Shown piece after piece: positions 1 through 10,169 of a DNA stretch of 64,000 nt. Numbering within the stretch: the stretch's first letter is position 1; each line of letters begins with the position of its first letter. Location: positions 3,008,001 to 3,072,000 of the forward strand of contig CAXXMD010000003.1 in assembly GCA_963675755.2 (NCBI GenBank), given 5' to 3'. The notes beneath the pieces were generated by a model that made no database searches, was not told the DNA's origin, and saw only the letters and a list, made by a program, of their open reading frames with translations. A program made the translations under genes and the position numbers. The stretch is from a bacterium. GTDB lineage: Bacteria > Zhuqueibacterota > Zhuqueibacteria > Residuimicrobiales > Krinioviventaceae.

Positions 1-681
1 GCTGAATTTATACCTGAAATGTTGAAATACATAGATGAAGCGGATATGGTTGTGGGTTCCAGAAGAGGTGAAAAGGTAGCCATTCCATTGGTTAGACGCC
101 CTGCAAAATGGATGCTGCGCAAGCTGGCCAGTTATGTCACAGGCGAACACATTCCGGATTTGAATTCCGGATTACGGATATTTCGCCGTGATTTGATTAT
201 GCAATATTTTAACATCTTGTCTGACCGGTTTTCGTTTACCACAACTTCTACAGTCTCTTTTTTGAGTGATGGATACAAGATTCAATATGTACCCATCAAC
301 TATCATCACCGTTCTGGTAAATCAAAGATTGTACCCTGGAATTTTATCGAATTTATCAATCTGGTTATCCGGTTGTCCATGTTGTTCAATCCTTTAAAGA
401 TATTTATACCCGCGTCTCTTTTTACTTTGGGCTTGGGATTTGTAAAATTTGTGTTTGATGTTATTTGGGCTATTGAAGAGGCTAATGGATTTACCATGTC
501 ATTTTTTACAAGCAAGGTGATTTCGTCCAGTGTTATGGTGCTCTGGTTTTCAGGTTTACAAATTCTGTTAATTGGTATGATGGCAGATGGTATAAATCGG
601 AAAATAGCACAGTACAGTACTCCTAAAATTAAATCAAAACACCGGCAAACTGTCAAGATCCACAATGCAGTTCAAAAATAG
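1..681 (+). CDS. GT2 glycosyltransferase, polyprenol-phosphate sugar synthase (DPM1/GtrB-like) with C-terminal TM helices; 5' truncated by window
   Basis: Frame open from base 1; DMVVGSR, DLNSGLRIFRR, FSFTTT and R.G.SK motifs; two C-terminal hydrophobic helices. Confidence 0.85.
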   Translation, partial: AEFIPEMLKYIDEADMVVGSRRGEKVAIPLVRRPAKWMLRKLASYVTGEHIPDLNSGLRIFRRDLIMQYFNILSDRFSFTTTSTVSFLSDGYKIQYVPINYHHRSGKSKIVPWNFIEFINLVIRLSMLFNPLKIFIPASLFTLGLGFVKFVFDVIWAIEEANGFTMSFFTSKVISSSVMVLWFSGLQILLIGMMADGINRKIAQYSTPKIKSKHRQTVKIHNAVQK

Positions 682-686
682 ATTAT

Positions 687-714
687 AAAGCATGTCAATA
701 ACAGACATGCTTTT
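687..714 (+). terminator. Hairpin, possible weak terminator or mRNA stabiliser
   Basis: aaagcatgtc-aataaca-gacatgcttt inverted repeat just after the stop codon; short T tract. Confidence 0.45.
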
Positions 715-776
715 ATGTTTAACCAAAGCTTACAGTACGCAAAAAAGTACAGGCGAAGGTATTCATAACATAAAAA

Positions 777-1814
777 ATGAAAACGCGTAAATCATTGAAA
801 AAAATAATCTGGCTGTTTGTTAAAATAGCCATTTCCATAACTGCTGTATTCTGGTTTGCATCAACAGTGAATTGGCAGGATGTATACTCCGCCTTAAAAC
901 AGGTTGACTATGTTGTGTTAACCATTGCTTTTTTGGTGTTCCTGCTGCGGATGCTGCCCTGTTCATTACGTTGGGTGCATGTTGGAAAAACCAGCGGATA
1001 CCATATGACCCTGTGGGAAGCTTTGCATGGGTATATGGCGGGTGGTTTTTTTAATACATTTTTACCCAGTGGCCGAGGTGGCGATGCTGCCCGTGCCATT
1101 ATTATTGCACGATACAAAAAGTGCTCGCTTGGTGGTTTAATGGGCACAATCCTTTTGGAACGCTTTGCCGGTTTAATTGTTACCGTGGCAATTGCTTTGG
1201 CTGCAAGCTTTATTGCTTCTGCTCATATTAAGGCCTTACGCAATGCATTGCCAGGCATGCTGGTGTTGACATTGTTGCTTGTTGCAGCGGGTGTGGTACT
1301 TTTGACTCCGTTTTTTCGCAGTCTGTTTCTCAAAATAACCGCCAAAATGCCATTTCAAAAAGTGTGGAAAGCGGTTGACGATATGCTGGTTGTGTTCCAG
1401 GGATATCGAAAACGTCCCGGTGCTTTGAGCGGAGTTGCCGTATATTCACTGTTGAACCAGATTGTTTTCATTACCGCTGGATATTTAGCAGCGCAATCCA
1501 TTACAGGATTTGATGCTCCGTGGTACAGTTTTGCTATTGTGGTACCTTTGGTGTTTATTGCGGAATTGATACCGTCAATTGGTGGTTATGGTATACGCGA
1601 AGCAAGTTTTGTTGTTTTCTTTGGCTGGTTTGGTGTGCAGCCTGAAAGTGCGGTTGTTTATGGAATATTACAACTGATCTTTATGTGGGTTTCGGCGTTG
1701 ATAGGTGTTGTATTTTTTGTTGCTGGTCTACCCGGATCTAAAACCAGTGTAGATGATATTCAGCATGTGGAAAATAAAGAACTCGAGTTGGAAACGAATG
1801 GATACGAATCATAA
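777..1814 (+). CDS. UPF0104 / LPG_synthase_TM flippase-like membrane protein
   Basis: RW, FFNTFLPSGRGGD..R, LER and PSIGGYGIRE motifs; polytopic. Confidence 0.85.
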   Translation: MKTRKSLKKIIWLFVKIAISITAVFWFASTVNWQDVYSALKQVDYVVLTIAFLVFLLRMLPCSLRWVHVGKTSGYHMTLWEALHGYMAGGFFNTFLPSGRGGDAARAIIIARYKKCSLGGLMGTILLERFAGLIVTVAIALAASFIASAHIKALRNALPGMLVLTLLLVAAGVVLLTPFFRSLFLKITAKMPFQKVWKAVDDMLVVFQGYRKRPGALSGVAVYSLLNQIVFITAGYLAAQSITGFDAPWYSFAIVVPLVFIAELIPSIGGYGIREASFVVFFGWFGVQPESAVVYGILQLIFMWVSALIGVVFFVAGLPGSKTSVDDIQHVENKELELETNGYES

Positions 1815-3246
1815 AAAAAATATATATGTACTGGGTGCAGGCCCTGCAGGCCTTGCGCTTGCAATGAGACTGCTCAGGCGTAATGTTGCAGATTGGCACA
1901 TTACCGTTATTGAACAAAAGCCCTATGTTGGTGGAATTGCTGCCAGTTTCAAGGAAGACGGTTTATACATGGATTTTGGCAGCCACCGGCTGCATCCTGC
2001 AACCTCACCCGAGATTATGGCAGAGCTTAAATCCTTGCTGGGCGATGATTTAAAACTGCGCCCCCGCAACGGTAGAATCCGGTTAATGGGCAAGTTTGTT
2101 AAATTTCCACTGAATCCGGTAGACTTGATGCTGCACATGCCGCCACGATTTTTTATCGGCATGCTTAAAGATATGTTGACAAAACCATTTCGCAAGAAAA
2201 AACAACAGCCCGAAAATTTTGCTGATGTTTTAATGGATGGTTTGGGACCCACAGTATGTAATTCATTTTATTTCCCTTATGCAAAAAAGTTATGGGGCTT
2301 GGAACCGGAAGAGATATCCATTATTCAGGCACAGCGCCGTGTTGCGGCCAATAGTGTTGGTAAGATCTTGAAAAAGATTATTTCATTGCTTCCTGGAATC
2401 AAAAAAGGTGAAGCGGGAAAATTTTATTATCCATTACAGGGATTTGGAGAGATCAGCGAAAAACTTGCTGACAAGGTGCGTGAGCTGGGTGGTGAGATAC
2501 TGCTTTCCACATCAGTAAAAGAGATTCGGATTGAGGAAAACGGTAAGAACAAACTCCTTTTGGAAAAAGTGGATGGGGATGCAAAGTCCGAAAACTGGAA
2601 TGAAAGTGATTTTATTTTTTCATCCATTCCCGTTACAGTTTTAGGCAGATTAATCAAACCCGAAGCAGGTGCTGAAATACGTGAAGCTGCATCAAAACTG
2701 AAATTCCGAAGTATGGTACTGCATTATCTCTTTTTAGAAACGGACCAGTTTACTCCGTATGATGCACACTATGTACCGGAATCCGGTGTACATATCTCAA
2801 GAATTTCTGAGCATCGTAATTACAGTGATGTGACAGAACCCAAAGGCGTTACCGGAATTTGCAGTGAAATACCCTGCCAGGTGGGCGATGATCTTTGGAA
2901 TATGCCGGATGAAGCATTAACCCGACAGGTTGTTAAAGAATTTGAAACCATTGGTTTACCGGTATCTCAAAATATCCGTAAAGCATTTACAAAGAAATTG
3001 CCTTTTGTTTATCCTGTTTATGACCGCAATTTTGAAATCGCTTTTGAAAAGCTGGATGCTTTTGTATCGCAGCAACCCGGATTGATCTCGCTGGGCCGTC
3101 AGGGTTTGTTTGCTCATGATAATACGCACCACACCATAGAGACTGCAAATGCGGCTTGTGATTGCCTTGCCGACAATATGAAATGGGACCATGTTTTATG
3201 GCAGCAGCATCGTGAAGAATTTGAAAAACATGTTGTTGAAGATTGA
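1798..3246 (+). CDS. FAD-dependent oxidoreductase (HemY/UDP-galactopyranose-mutase-like superfamily)
   Basis: GAGPAGL Rossmann motif, E...VGG, DFGSHRLH, C-terminal LGRQG; start moved to ATG 1798, just ahead of the Rossmann motif. Confidence 0.8.
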   Translation: MDTNHKKNIYVLGAGPAGLALAMRLLRRNVADWHITVIEQKPYVGGIAASFKEDGLYMDFGSHRLHPATSPEIMAELKSLLGDDLKLRPRNGRIRLMGKFVKFPLNPVDLMLHMPPRFFIGMLKDMLTKPFRKKKQQPENFADVLMDGLGPTVCNSFYFPYAKKLWGLEPEEISIIQAQRRVAANSVGKILKKIISLLPGIKKGEAGKFYYPLQGFGEISEKLADKVRELGGEILLSTSVKEIRIEENGKNKLLLEKVDGDAKSENWNESDFIFSSIPVTVLGRLIKPEAGAEIREAASKLKFRSMVLHYLFLETDQFTPYDAHYVPESGVHISRISEHRNYSDVTEPKGVTGICSEIPCQVGDDLWNMPDEALTRQVVKEFETIGLPVSQNIRKAFTKKLPFVYPVYDRNFEIAFEKLDAFVSQQPGLISLGRQGLFAHDNTHHTIETANAACDCLADNMKWDHVLWQQHREEFEKHVVED

Positions 3247-3322
3247 TTTTGTTCAATTTACGCAATAGATCGGAATGGATGTATTAATAGTACTTGATAG
3301 ATAGGATTGAGAATATAGATAT

Positions 3323-3868
3323 ATGGCATCACCTGTAGGACACGCGCTAGGCGGTGTATTGGTATACGCCCTGGACCGGAAACGGAAATTTAATATACCT
3401 GTTTTTCTTGTGGCTATTCTTTTAGCCGGTTTACCGGATATAGATTTTTTATTTGGTTATGTAATTGGACAGCCAAATAAATATCATCATGGTTTTACGC
3501 ATAGTTTTGTGTTTGTTATCATTGCCGGTTTGATTGCGGCCCTGATTATGGGACGCAAAAGTAAAAAACAGTTCTGGTCTTTGAGCGGGCTCTTTGTTGG
3601 CTCTGGTGTGAGTCATATCATATTGGACAGTATTGCCAAAGATACGAGTCCGCCTTTTGGGTCGCCTGTTTTCTGGCCTTTTACGGAAAAGTATTTTATT
3701 TTCCCAATAGAGGTACTTTCTGATATGCACCGTGCTTCTGATTCAGCCGGCTTTATAAAAAGTCTGTTTTCAATGCACAATATGATGACTGTGGGCAGAG
3801 AGTTGTTAATCCTTTTGCCTATTCTGTTATTGGTAATAATTATAAATAAACGATATCGTTCTAAATGA
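3323..3868 (+). CDS. YdjM-like membrane-bound metal-dependent hydrolase
   Basis: GH, LPDID, HHGFTHS, SHIILD and FWPF motifs. Confidence 0.85.
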   Translation: MASPVGHALGGVLVYALDRKRKFNIPVFLVAILLAGLPDIDFLFGYVIGQPNKYHHGFTHSFVFVIIAGLIAALIMGRKSKKQFWSLSGLFVGSGVSHIILDSIAKDTSPPFGSPVFWPFTEKYFIFPIEVLSDMHRASDSAGFIKSLFSMHNMMTVGRELLILLPILLLVIIINKRYRSK

Positions 3869-4827
3869 GTGAATCTGTAATTACAAAAGACAAGAATCCT
3901 TACCTTTCGGTTGTTGTTCCTTTTTATAATGAAGAGGAAAATGCAGAAAGACTGTGGAATATCATCAAAGATGTACTTGATGGTACCGGCAAGACTTTTG
4001 AAGTTATCTTTGTGGATGACGGCAGTTCTGATGACACCCGTAACATACTGCGTCGTTTAGCAAAAGAGAACAAAGAGCTGCGGGTGATTTTATTTCGGGC
4101 CAATTTTGGTCAATCTGCCGCAATGGCTGCAGGATTCAAAGCAACACGCGGCGAGATCGTTGTGGCTATGGATGGCGATCTGCAAAATGATCCCCGGGAC
4201 ATACCGGTTTTGCTGAAACGCCTGGATGATGGATTCGATGTGGTCAGCGGTTGGCGTAAAAACCGTAAAGACAAGTTGATCATGCGGAAAATTCCATCCA
4301 AGATTGCAAACCGGATTATTTGTTCTGTAACTAACGTAAAGTTGCATGATACGGGTTGTTCGTTAAAAGCTTTTCGCGGAGACATGCTTCGTAGTATTTC
4401 TCTGTATGGCGAACTGCACCGGTTTATACCGGCGCTTTTACGCATGGAAGGTGCAAATATCAATGAAATACCGGTTAGGCACCATCCACGTCAATATGGA
4501 CAATCTAAATACAATATTACCCGTACATTTCGGGTGATTATGGATCTGACCACAATTCGTATGCTGATGAAACATTTGGAAAATCCGGTACGCTTTTTTG
4601 CGGGATTTGCATGGTTGTGTTTCTGGTCAGGTTTTGCGGTATTGTTGTTTGGTACATATCATTTATTATTTCGCCAGGTAGATATTATCCATTTAAACAT
4701 TCCTATTACTTTGATCGTTCTGTTCTGGGCAACGGCTTTTCAGTTCCTCTGTTATGGGCTGGTAGGCAAGTTGGTGGTTAACACCGGGTCCCGGAAGAAA
4801 TTTGAATATAAAGAGAAGGTACAATGA
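3865..4827 (+). CDS. GT2, ArnC/GtrB-type undecaprenyl-phosphate glycosyltransferase
   Basis: VVPFYNEE, VDDGSSD, NFGQSAA, MDGDLQNDP, HRFIP, GQSKY motifs; two C-terminal TMs; ATGA overlap. Confidence 0.9.
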   Translation: MSESVITKDKNPYLSVVVPFYNEEENAERLWNIIKDVLDGTGKTFEVIFVDDGSSDDTRNILRRLAKENKELRVILFRANFGQSAAMAAGFKATRGEIVVAMDGDLQNDPRDIPVLLKRLDDGFDVVSGWRKNRKDKLIMRKIPSKIANRIICSVTNVKLHDTGCSLKAFRGDMLRSISLYGELHRFIPALLRMEGANINEIPVRHHPRQYGQSKYNITRTFRVIMDLTTIRMLMKHLENPVRFFAGFAWLCFWSGFAVLLFGTYHLLFRQVDIIHLNIPITLIVLFWATAFQFLCYGLVGKLVVNTGSRKKFEYKEKVQ

Positions 4828-5771
4828 GTCAATCGATTAAATCATCACGTATTTCCGTAATTGTTGCAGTCTTTAATCAGGAAGCATACCTTCCAGAATT
4901 ACATGGCCAGCTTGTGCAGACGTTTTCAGAGCATATTGATGATTATGAGCTGATCTATGTTGATGATGGCAGCAAAGACAACTCCTGGCAAGTCATAAGT
5001 GAGCTTCCGGCACAGGATGTTATTGTTAAACGGGTTAAACTACGGACATCGTTTGGAGAATCCGCGGTGCTTGATGCTGGAATCAAAGCGGCAGAAGGAG
5101 AACAAATATTATATTTTACCTGCCGTGTTCGCAGTAATCCCAAGGACTTGTTGAAATTGCTGGGTAGACTGGATGAAGGTAATGATGTGGTTATGGGCTT
5201 GCGTGAACCACGCAGAGATTCCAAACTGAATCAGTTTGTATCCAGATTGTTCAACTCTATGACAAATCGTATGACCCATGTTGGCCTGAATGATATAAAC
5301 AGTGGTGTTATGGCACTTCACCGTGGTGTTTTAGAGCATGTACCGTTTTATGGCTCATTGAATGCATTTATTCCGGTTTTGGCTCACCGTCAGGGATACA
5401 AAGTCGTTGAAGAACCCATTGAACAGCTTCCCGGCCAATTTGAACAATCATTATATCCCAAGAATTATATCAAGCGCTTGCTGGATTTTCTCAGTGTCAT
5501 TTTTATCAGCAAGTACTCTAAAAAACCGTTGCACTTTTTAGGCTTTATGGGCGCTATTTTTACATTGATTGGTGCCATTATTAATATTTATTTGTTTATC
5601 TATCGTATATTAGGTGTGGGCCCCATTGCGGGACGTCCCATGCTTTTACTGGGTGTACTTATGGTTATCATTGGTATTCAGTTGATCTCTATCGGTCTGC
5701 TGGGTGAAATGATCATTTACACTCATGCTAATGAAATTGAAGACTATAACATTGAAGAGATCATTGAATAA
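4824..5771 (+). CDS. ArnC/GtrB-like GT2 paralogue with degenerate DxD motif
   Basis: Colinear with upstream gene (VDDGSKD, DINSG, FIPVLA), but MDGDLQNDP is replaced by FTCRVRSNP. Confidence 0.8.
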   Translation: MSQSIKSSRISVIVAVFNQEAYLPELHGQLVQTFSEHIDDYELIYVDDGSKDNSWQVISELPAQDVIVKRVKLRTSFGESAVLDAGIKAAEGEQILYFTCRVRSNPKDLLKLLGRLDEGNDVVMGLREPRRDSKLNQFVSRLFNSMTNRMTHVGLNDINSGVMALHRGVLEHVPFYGSLNAFIPVLAHRQGYKVVEEPIEQLPGQFEQSLYPKNYIKRLLDFLSVIFISKYSKKPLHFLGFMGAIFTLIGAIINIYLFIYRILGVGPIAGRPMLLLGVLMVIIGIQLISIGLLGEMIIYTHANEIEDYNIEEIIE

Positions 5772-6733
5772 TGAAACTCATCATACAAATACCCTGCTAT
5801 AACGAAGAAAAGACTCTGCCGCAAACACTGGCGGATCTTCCCAAATCCCTCAAGGGAGTAGACGAAATTGATCTGTTGATCATTGACGATGGCAGTACTG
5901 ATGATACGGTGCGTGTTGCGCGTGAATTGGGCGTACAGCATATTGTCAGCTTTCCACAGAACAAAGGCCTTGCTATGGGATTCAATGCCGGTATGGATGC
6001 CAGCTTAAAACTGGGCGCCGATATCATTGTCAATACCGATGCTGACAATCAATACAGCGGTGACGATATTCAGGCATTGATTCAACCGATTTTGGACAAG
6101 AACGCGGAAATCGTGATTGGTGATCGGCAAACAGACCAAATTGCTCATTTTTCGTGGACGAAAAAGCGATTACAAAAGCTGGGCAGCCTGGTTGTTCGTC
6201 AGATATCCGGTACCTCAGTCCCGGATGCTACAAGTGGATTCCGTGCTTTTTCACGTGAGGCCGCGTTACGGATGAATATCGTATCTCAGTTTACATATAC
6301 CCTTGAAACCATTATTCAGGCCGGCAAGAAAAATTTAATCGTTGCCGATGTTCCGGTTCGTACCAATGAAAAAACCCGCGAGTCCAAGTTGTTTCGCAGC
6401 AATAAAGAGTATATACGTCGTTCTATTTCTACCATGCTGCGTATTTATGCCATGTATGAGCCCATGAAATTGTTTTCGCTGATTGGTGGTATTTTGTTTA
6501 TGGGTGGTTTTTTAATTGGTTTGCGTTTTCTCTATTTTTATCTGTTTGTTTCCGGTATGGGGCATATTCAGTCTTTGATTCTGGCTGCTGTTCTGTTGAT
6601 CGTTGGATTCCAGGTGCTGGTTATAGGGTTGCTGGCTGATATTATCGGTTCAAACCGCCAATTGATAGAAAATGTTTTATACCGTGTGCGAAAAATGGAA
6701 TCGGATGGTTACCGCAATAAAAAGGGAGAATGA
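5771..6733 (+). CDS. GT2 polyprenol-phosphate glycosyltransferase with C-terminal TMs
   Basis: IPCYNEE, DDGSTD, NTDADNQY, DATSGFRAFSRE motifs. Confidence 0.9.
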   Translation: MKLIIQIPCYNEEKTLPQTLADLPKSLKGVDEIDLLIIDDGSTDDTVRVARELGVQHIVSFPQNKGLAMGFNAGMDASLKLGADIIVNTDADNQYSGDDIQALIQPILDKNAEIVIGDRQTDQIAHFSWTKKRLQKLGSLVVRQISGTSVPDATSGFRAFSREAALRMNIVSQFTYTLETIIQAGKKNLIVADVPVRTNEKTRESKLFRSNKEYIRRSISTMLRIYAMYEPMKLFSLIGGILFMGGFLIGLRFLYFYLFVSGMGHIQSLILAAVLLIVGFQVLVIGLLADIIGSNRQLIENVLYRVRKMESDGYRNKKGE

Positions 6734-7923
6734 TACGGTTGGGCAAAGATGGTAAAATGAACATATATATGATAGGTCCCACGTATCCGTATCGTGGTGG
6801 TATAGCTCACTATACTACACTTTTGTTTCGTGAATTCAGAAAAAAACACAATGTAACCCTCTGCGCGGTCAAGCGACAGTACCCCATGTGGTTGTATCCC
6901 GGGGAGACTGATCGAGATCCCAGTAAAGAATATCTTACTGAAGAGGGTATAGAATACATGCTGGATTCCATGAATCCGCTGACCTGGTTCAAGATTATTG
7001 CGCATATCCGCAAGATAAAACCGGATGTAGTTATTATACCCTGGTGGGTTACGTTTTGGACCGTACAATACTGGACAATCTGTGCGCCTATTCGCTGGTT
7101 CAAGCTGTCAAAGGTTTTATTTGTATGTCATAATGTAGTAGAGCACGAATCCAGCAAGCTCAAAACTTTTTTGACACGTCTTGTATTGAGCAAAGGCGAC
7201 TATTTTCTGGTGCATTCCGGCGAAGTCAAAGACACCCTGCTGAAATTACTTCCAAATGCAAAAATTGGTGTCAAAGGACACCCCAAGTATGATTTTTTCA
7301 AGACTGCTCAAACAGATCGTGATGCGCAGCGTGAAAAGTATGGGTTTGAACAGGATGATCTGGTACTGTTGTTTTTCGGATTTGTACGCAAGTATAAAGG
7401 TGTGCCGGTTTTGCTGGATGCAATGAAAACACTGGCGCCCAAATATAATAATATAAAATTGTTACTCGTTGGCGAAGCCTGGCACGAAGAAGAGACAGTT
7501 ATTGAAGAAAAAATTGCATCCTATGGATTGAAGGAGCAAGTCGTTCGCGTGAATGCCTATGTACCCAATGAGGATGTGCAATTGTATTTCAACGCATCGG
7601 ATGTGGCTGTTTTTCCATATTCAACCGCTACTGCCAGCGGGGCGTTACAAATTGCTTTGGCAATGGATGTTCCGGTAATTGCCACTCGCATGAGTTGTTT
7701 TGAAGAAATTGTTGATGAAAATGAATCCGGATTTATAATACCCCCTGATGATCCCAATGCTATTGTAGATGCTGTTGAAAAGTTCATGAATGATGGTGAA
7801 ATTAATCGTCAATTAATTCAGGATATGAAAGTCCATATCGGCAAACAGAACAAACAGGTGGATTGGGAAGAAATGGCTGATTTTTTGACAGAACTGGTGG
7901 AAAGCGGAACCCATGCCGATTGA
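6730..7923 (+). CDS. GT4 glycosyltransferase
   Basis: PYRGGIAHYT, FFGFVRKYKG, FPYSTATASG motifs; alternative start at 6757. Confidence 0.88.
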   Translation: MIRLGKDGKMNIYMIGPTYPYRGGIAHYTTLLFREFRKKHNVTLCAVKRQYPMWLYPGETDRDPSKEYLTEEGIEYMLDSMNPLTWFKIIAHIRKIKPDVVIIPWWVTFWTVQYWTICAPIRWFKLSKVLFVCHNVVEHESSKLKTFLTRLVLSKGDYFLVHSGEVKDTLLKLLPNAKIGVKGHPKYDFFKTAQTDRDAQREKYGFEQDDLVLLFFGFVRKYKGVPVLLDAMKTLAPKYNNIKLLLVGEAWHEEETVIEEKIASYGLKEQVVRVNAYVPNEDVQLYFNASDVAVFPYSTATASGALQIALAMDVPVIATRMSCFEEIVDENESGFIIPPDDPNAIVDAVEKFMNDGEINRQLIQDMKVHIGKQNKQVDWEEMADFLTELVESGTHAD

Positions 7924-8812
7924 CAAGAACCAAAAACCGGATATCTCTGTAATCATCCCCTCTTTTAATCACGAGCATTACATTGTAAATATGCTGCAAT
8001 CGATTGAAAAGCAGGAAACAGATTTTAACTATCAGGTGATTGTTGTTGATAGTGGTACAGATAACTCTTCGACTATCATCAGCGAACGTTTTCCCTGGGT
8101 AGAATTGGTGCGTTCCGAAGAACGTTTGTATCCCGGACAAGGGCGCAACAAGGGTGTAGAGCTTGCCGGCTCTGATGTCATTGCATTTACAGACACTGAT
8201 TGTACCATCAGTCCCGGCTGGGTGCAGAATATGGTGAATGGCCATAAAAGCGGTAAAAATCTGCTGGTAGGCCCGGTATTGAACGGTACACCAAAAAGTA
8301 TTATCGGTACGGTTGATTATTTGCTGGAATTTTTTGATTCCTGGAACACTAGGAATGGTATTAAAATCGGTCCTGTAGGTACCGTGAATGTATGTTTTGA
8401 CCATTCCATATTTGAAACCTATGGCCCGTTAGACGGATTTGTTAAAGGAAGTGACAGCCGGTTTTTCCGTAAAGTACTGGATGCGGGTGAAACGATTTAC
8501 TGGTTAAAAGGAATGAGTGTAACGCATCATAATCGCACCAAATTCAAAGTAGTGATGCGAAATCAGTATCACCTGGGATTAGGTGCAGCTGCAACCGGCA
8601 AAGTGCACAAGTCCCGCGCTCAATTTATGATGAAATACCCGATATTTATTCCGCTTATTCCGTTTATGAGATTTATCCGTATTGGATGGATTTTGTTACG
8701 GAAAGCGCCATTAAAGCATTTTCTTTCATATATTTTATTATCTCCTCTCATTATGTTGGGATTGGTTGTACATGCAACCGGTTTTGTCGCCGGAGCGCTC
8801 AAAAAAGCATAA
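7913..8812 (+). CDS. GT2 glycosyltransferase
   Basis: ISVIIPSFN, VVDS, RNKG and FTDTDC motifs. Confidence 0.88.
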   Translation: MPIDKNQKPDISVIIPSFNHEHYIVNMLQSIEKQETDFNYQVIVVDSGTDNSSTIISERFPWVELVRSEERLYPGQGRNKGVELAGSDVIAFTDTDCTISPGWVQNMVNGHKSGKNLLVGPVLNGTPKSIIGTVDYLLEFFDSWNTRNGIKIGPVGTVNVCFDHSIFETYGPLDGFVKGSDSRFFRKVLDAGETIYWLKGMSVTHHNRTKFKVVMRNQYHLGLGAAATGKVHKSRAQFMMKYPIFIPLIPFMRFIRIGWILLRKAPLKHFLSYILLSPLIMLGLVVHATGFVAGALKKA

Positions 8813-8869
8813 ATACTGATTGTTTTAACCTTGTACAAGGTTAATTTATTTTTATAACTGAATCATATA

Positions 8870-10168
8870 ATGGATAAAAGAACAAACGCTGCCAGGGTAG
8901 CATTTATTTTAAACTATTTCCCGGTCTTGTCCGAGACCTTTATCTTTTCCGAGTTGGATGGATTGTTTTCCCGTCATATTGATCTGGAAATTTTTTCTCT
9001 TTTCAGAAAAAGTGACAACAGTCCGTTACAGGATGCTGGTCAACTGGGAACCCGGACCACATATCTGTCAGATTATACCAGACCCATAAATGTATTGTCT
9101 AGCCATCTCGTTTTTATGTTCAGCAGGCCTGTTCAATATTTTAAAACACTTGCTTTTGCGGTCCGTAATGGTAATCCCGGGTATGTGTTTGGAACGGCTT
9201 TTAAATATTTGGTTTTGCACAAAGGGGACCGGAAAAAAATACCATACAACGTAAGACAGGATTTGTTCATTCATTTTGTTCTTGCTGTTCCTTTTGCGCG
9301 GGTTATGATGAAGAAACAATTCAGCCTGATTCATGGTCATTTTGCCGATGCTGCCACCAGTTTTGCAATGCTGATCTCTAAACTGTGCAATATCCCTTTT
9401 AGCTTTACCACACATGCTACGGATTTATTTGTCAGGCCGGTATTGCTGCCCTTGAAAGTCAAGAACGCAAAATTTGTTCTGACCTGCACGGAATATAACA
9501 AGAATTATATTGTTGAAAATATTAAAGATATCCCTAAAGATAAAGTGATTCTCAACTATCACGGCGTTGCTGTTGAAAAATTTTTAAAAGATACAAAGCA
9601 AAAGAATACTATCCCGGTAATATTTACGGTTGGCAGGCTTGTTGAGAAAAAAGGATTTGATGTTTTAATGCGGGCATGCAAGATCCTCAAAGAACAGGGA
9701 ATAGAGGCCCATTGCAGAATTGCCGGACAAGGCCCGCTATGGGATGATTTGCATAAGCAAAGTTTAGAGTTGGGACTGGAAGTAGATTTTTTGGGTGCGG
9801 TTTCTCATCAGGAAATGAAAGACCTTTACCAAAATGCCGATATATTTGCGTTACCTTGCAGAGTTGCCGAAAATGGTGACCGAGACGGCATTCCAAATGT
9901 AATTGCAGAAGCCATGGCAATGGAATTGCCGGTTGTTTCAACATGTGTGTCTGGAATTCCGGAAGTCATTGAATCCGGGAAAAGTGGATTTTTGGTTGAT
10001 TCTAATGATCCGGTTGCTCTTGCTCAGGCGTTAAAATACCTGATAGAAAATCCGGAAATCCGCAATGACATCGGCAAGCGTGCAAGAGATAATATTACAT
10101 CGGTATTTAATAAATCTGAAAAAATCGATGAACTGGTCGAGATTTTCCGGAAACAGCTCGGAGAATAG
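8870..10168 (+). CDS. GT4 glycosyltransferase (WcaL-like)
   Basis: FPVLSETFI, VGRLVEKKG, DRDGIPNVIAEAMA motifs. Confidence 0.9.
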   Translation: MDKRTNAARVAFILNYFPVLSETFIFSELDGLFSRHIDLEIFSLFRKSDNSPLQDAGQLGTRTTYLSDYTRPINVLSSHLVFMFSRPVQYFKTLAFAVRNGNPGYVFGTAFKYLVLHKGDRKKIPYNVRQDLFIHFVLAVPFARVMMKKQFSLIHGHFADAATSFAMLISKLCNIPFSFTTHATDLFVRPVLLPLKVKNAKFVLTCTEYNKNYIVENIKDIPKDKVILNYHGVAVEKFLKDTKQKNTIPVIFTVGRLVEKKGFDVLMRACKILKEQGIEAHCRIAGQGPLWDDLHKQSLELGLEVDFLGAVSHQEMKDLYQNADIFALPCRVAENGDRDGIPNVIAEAMAMELPVVSTCVSGIPEVIESGKSGFLVDSNDPVALAQALKYLIENPEIRNDIGKRARDNITSVFNKSEKIDELVEIFRKQLGE

Positions 10169-10169
10169 A

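Noticed and set aside
1798-3246. Annotation as hemY/hemG
   Set aside because: Glycan-locus context, no heme genes nearby; only fold-level similarity
7802-8404. 200-aa minus-strand ORF (also 28118-28729 and the many 60-150 aa antisense ORFs)
   Set aside because: Fully overlap well-supported genes on the opposite strand; no motifs or RBS
10065-10169. N-terminal extension of the YdjC deacetylase (similarly 1753-1797 and 30283-30327)
   Set aside because: Overlaps the upstream gene; family homology starts at the downstream start codon
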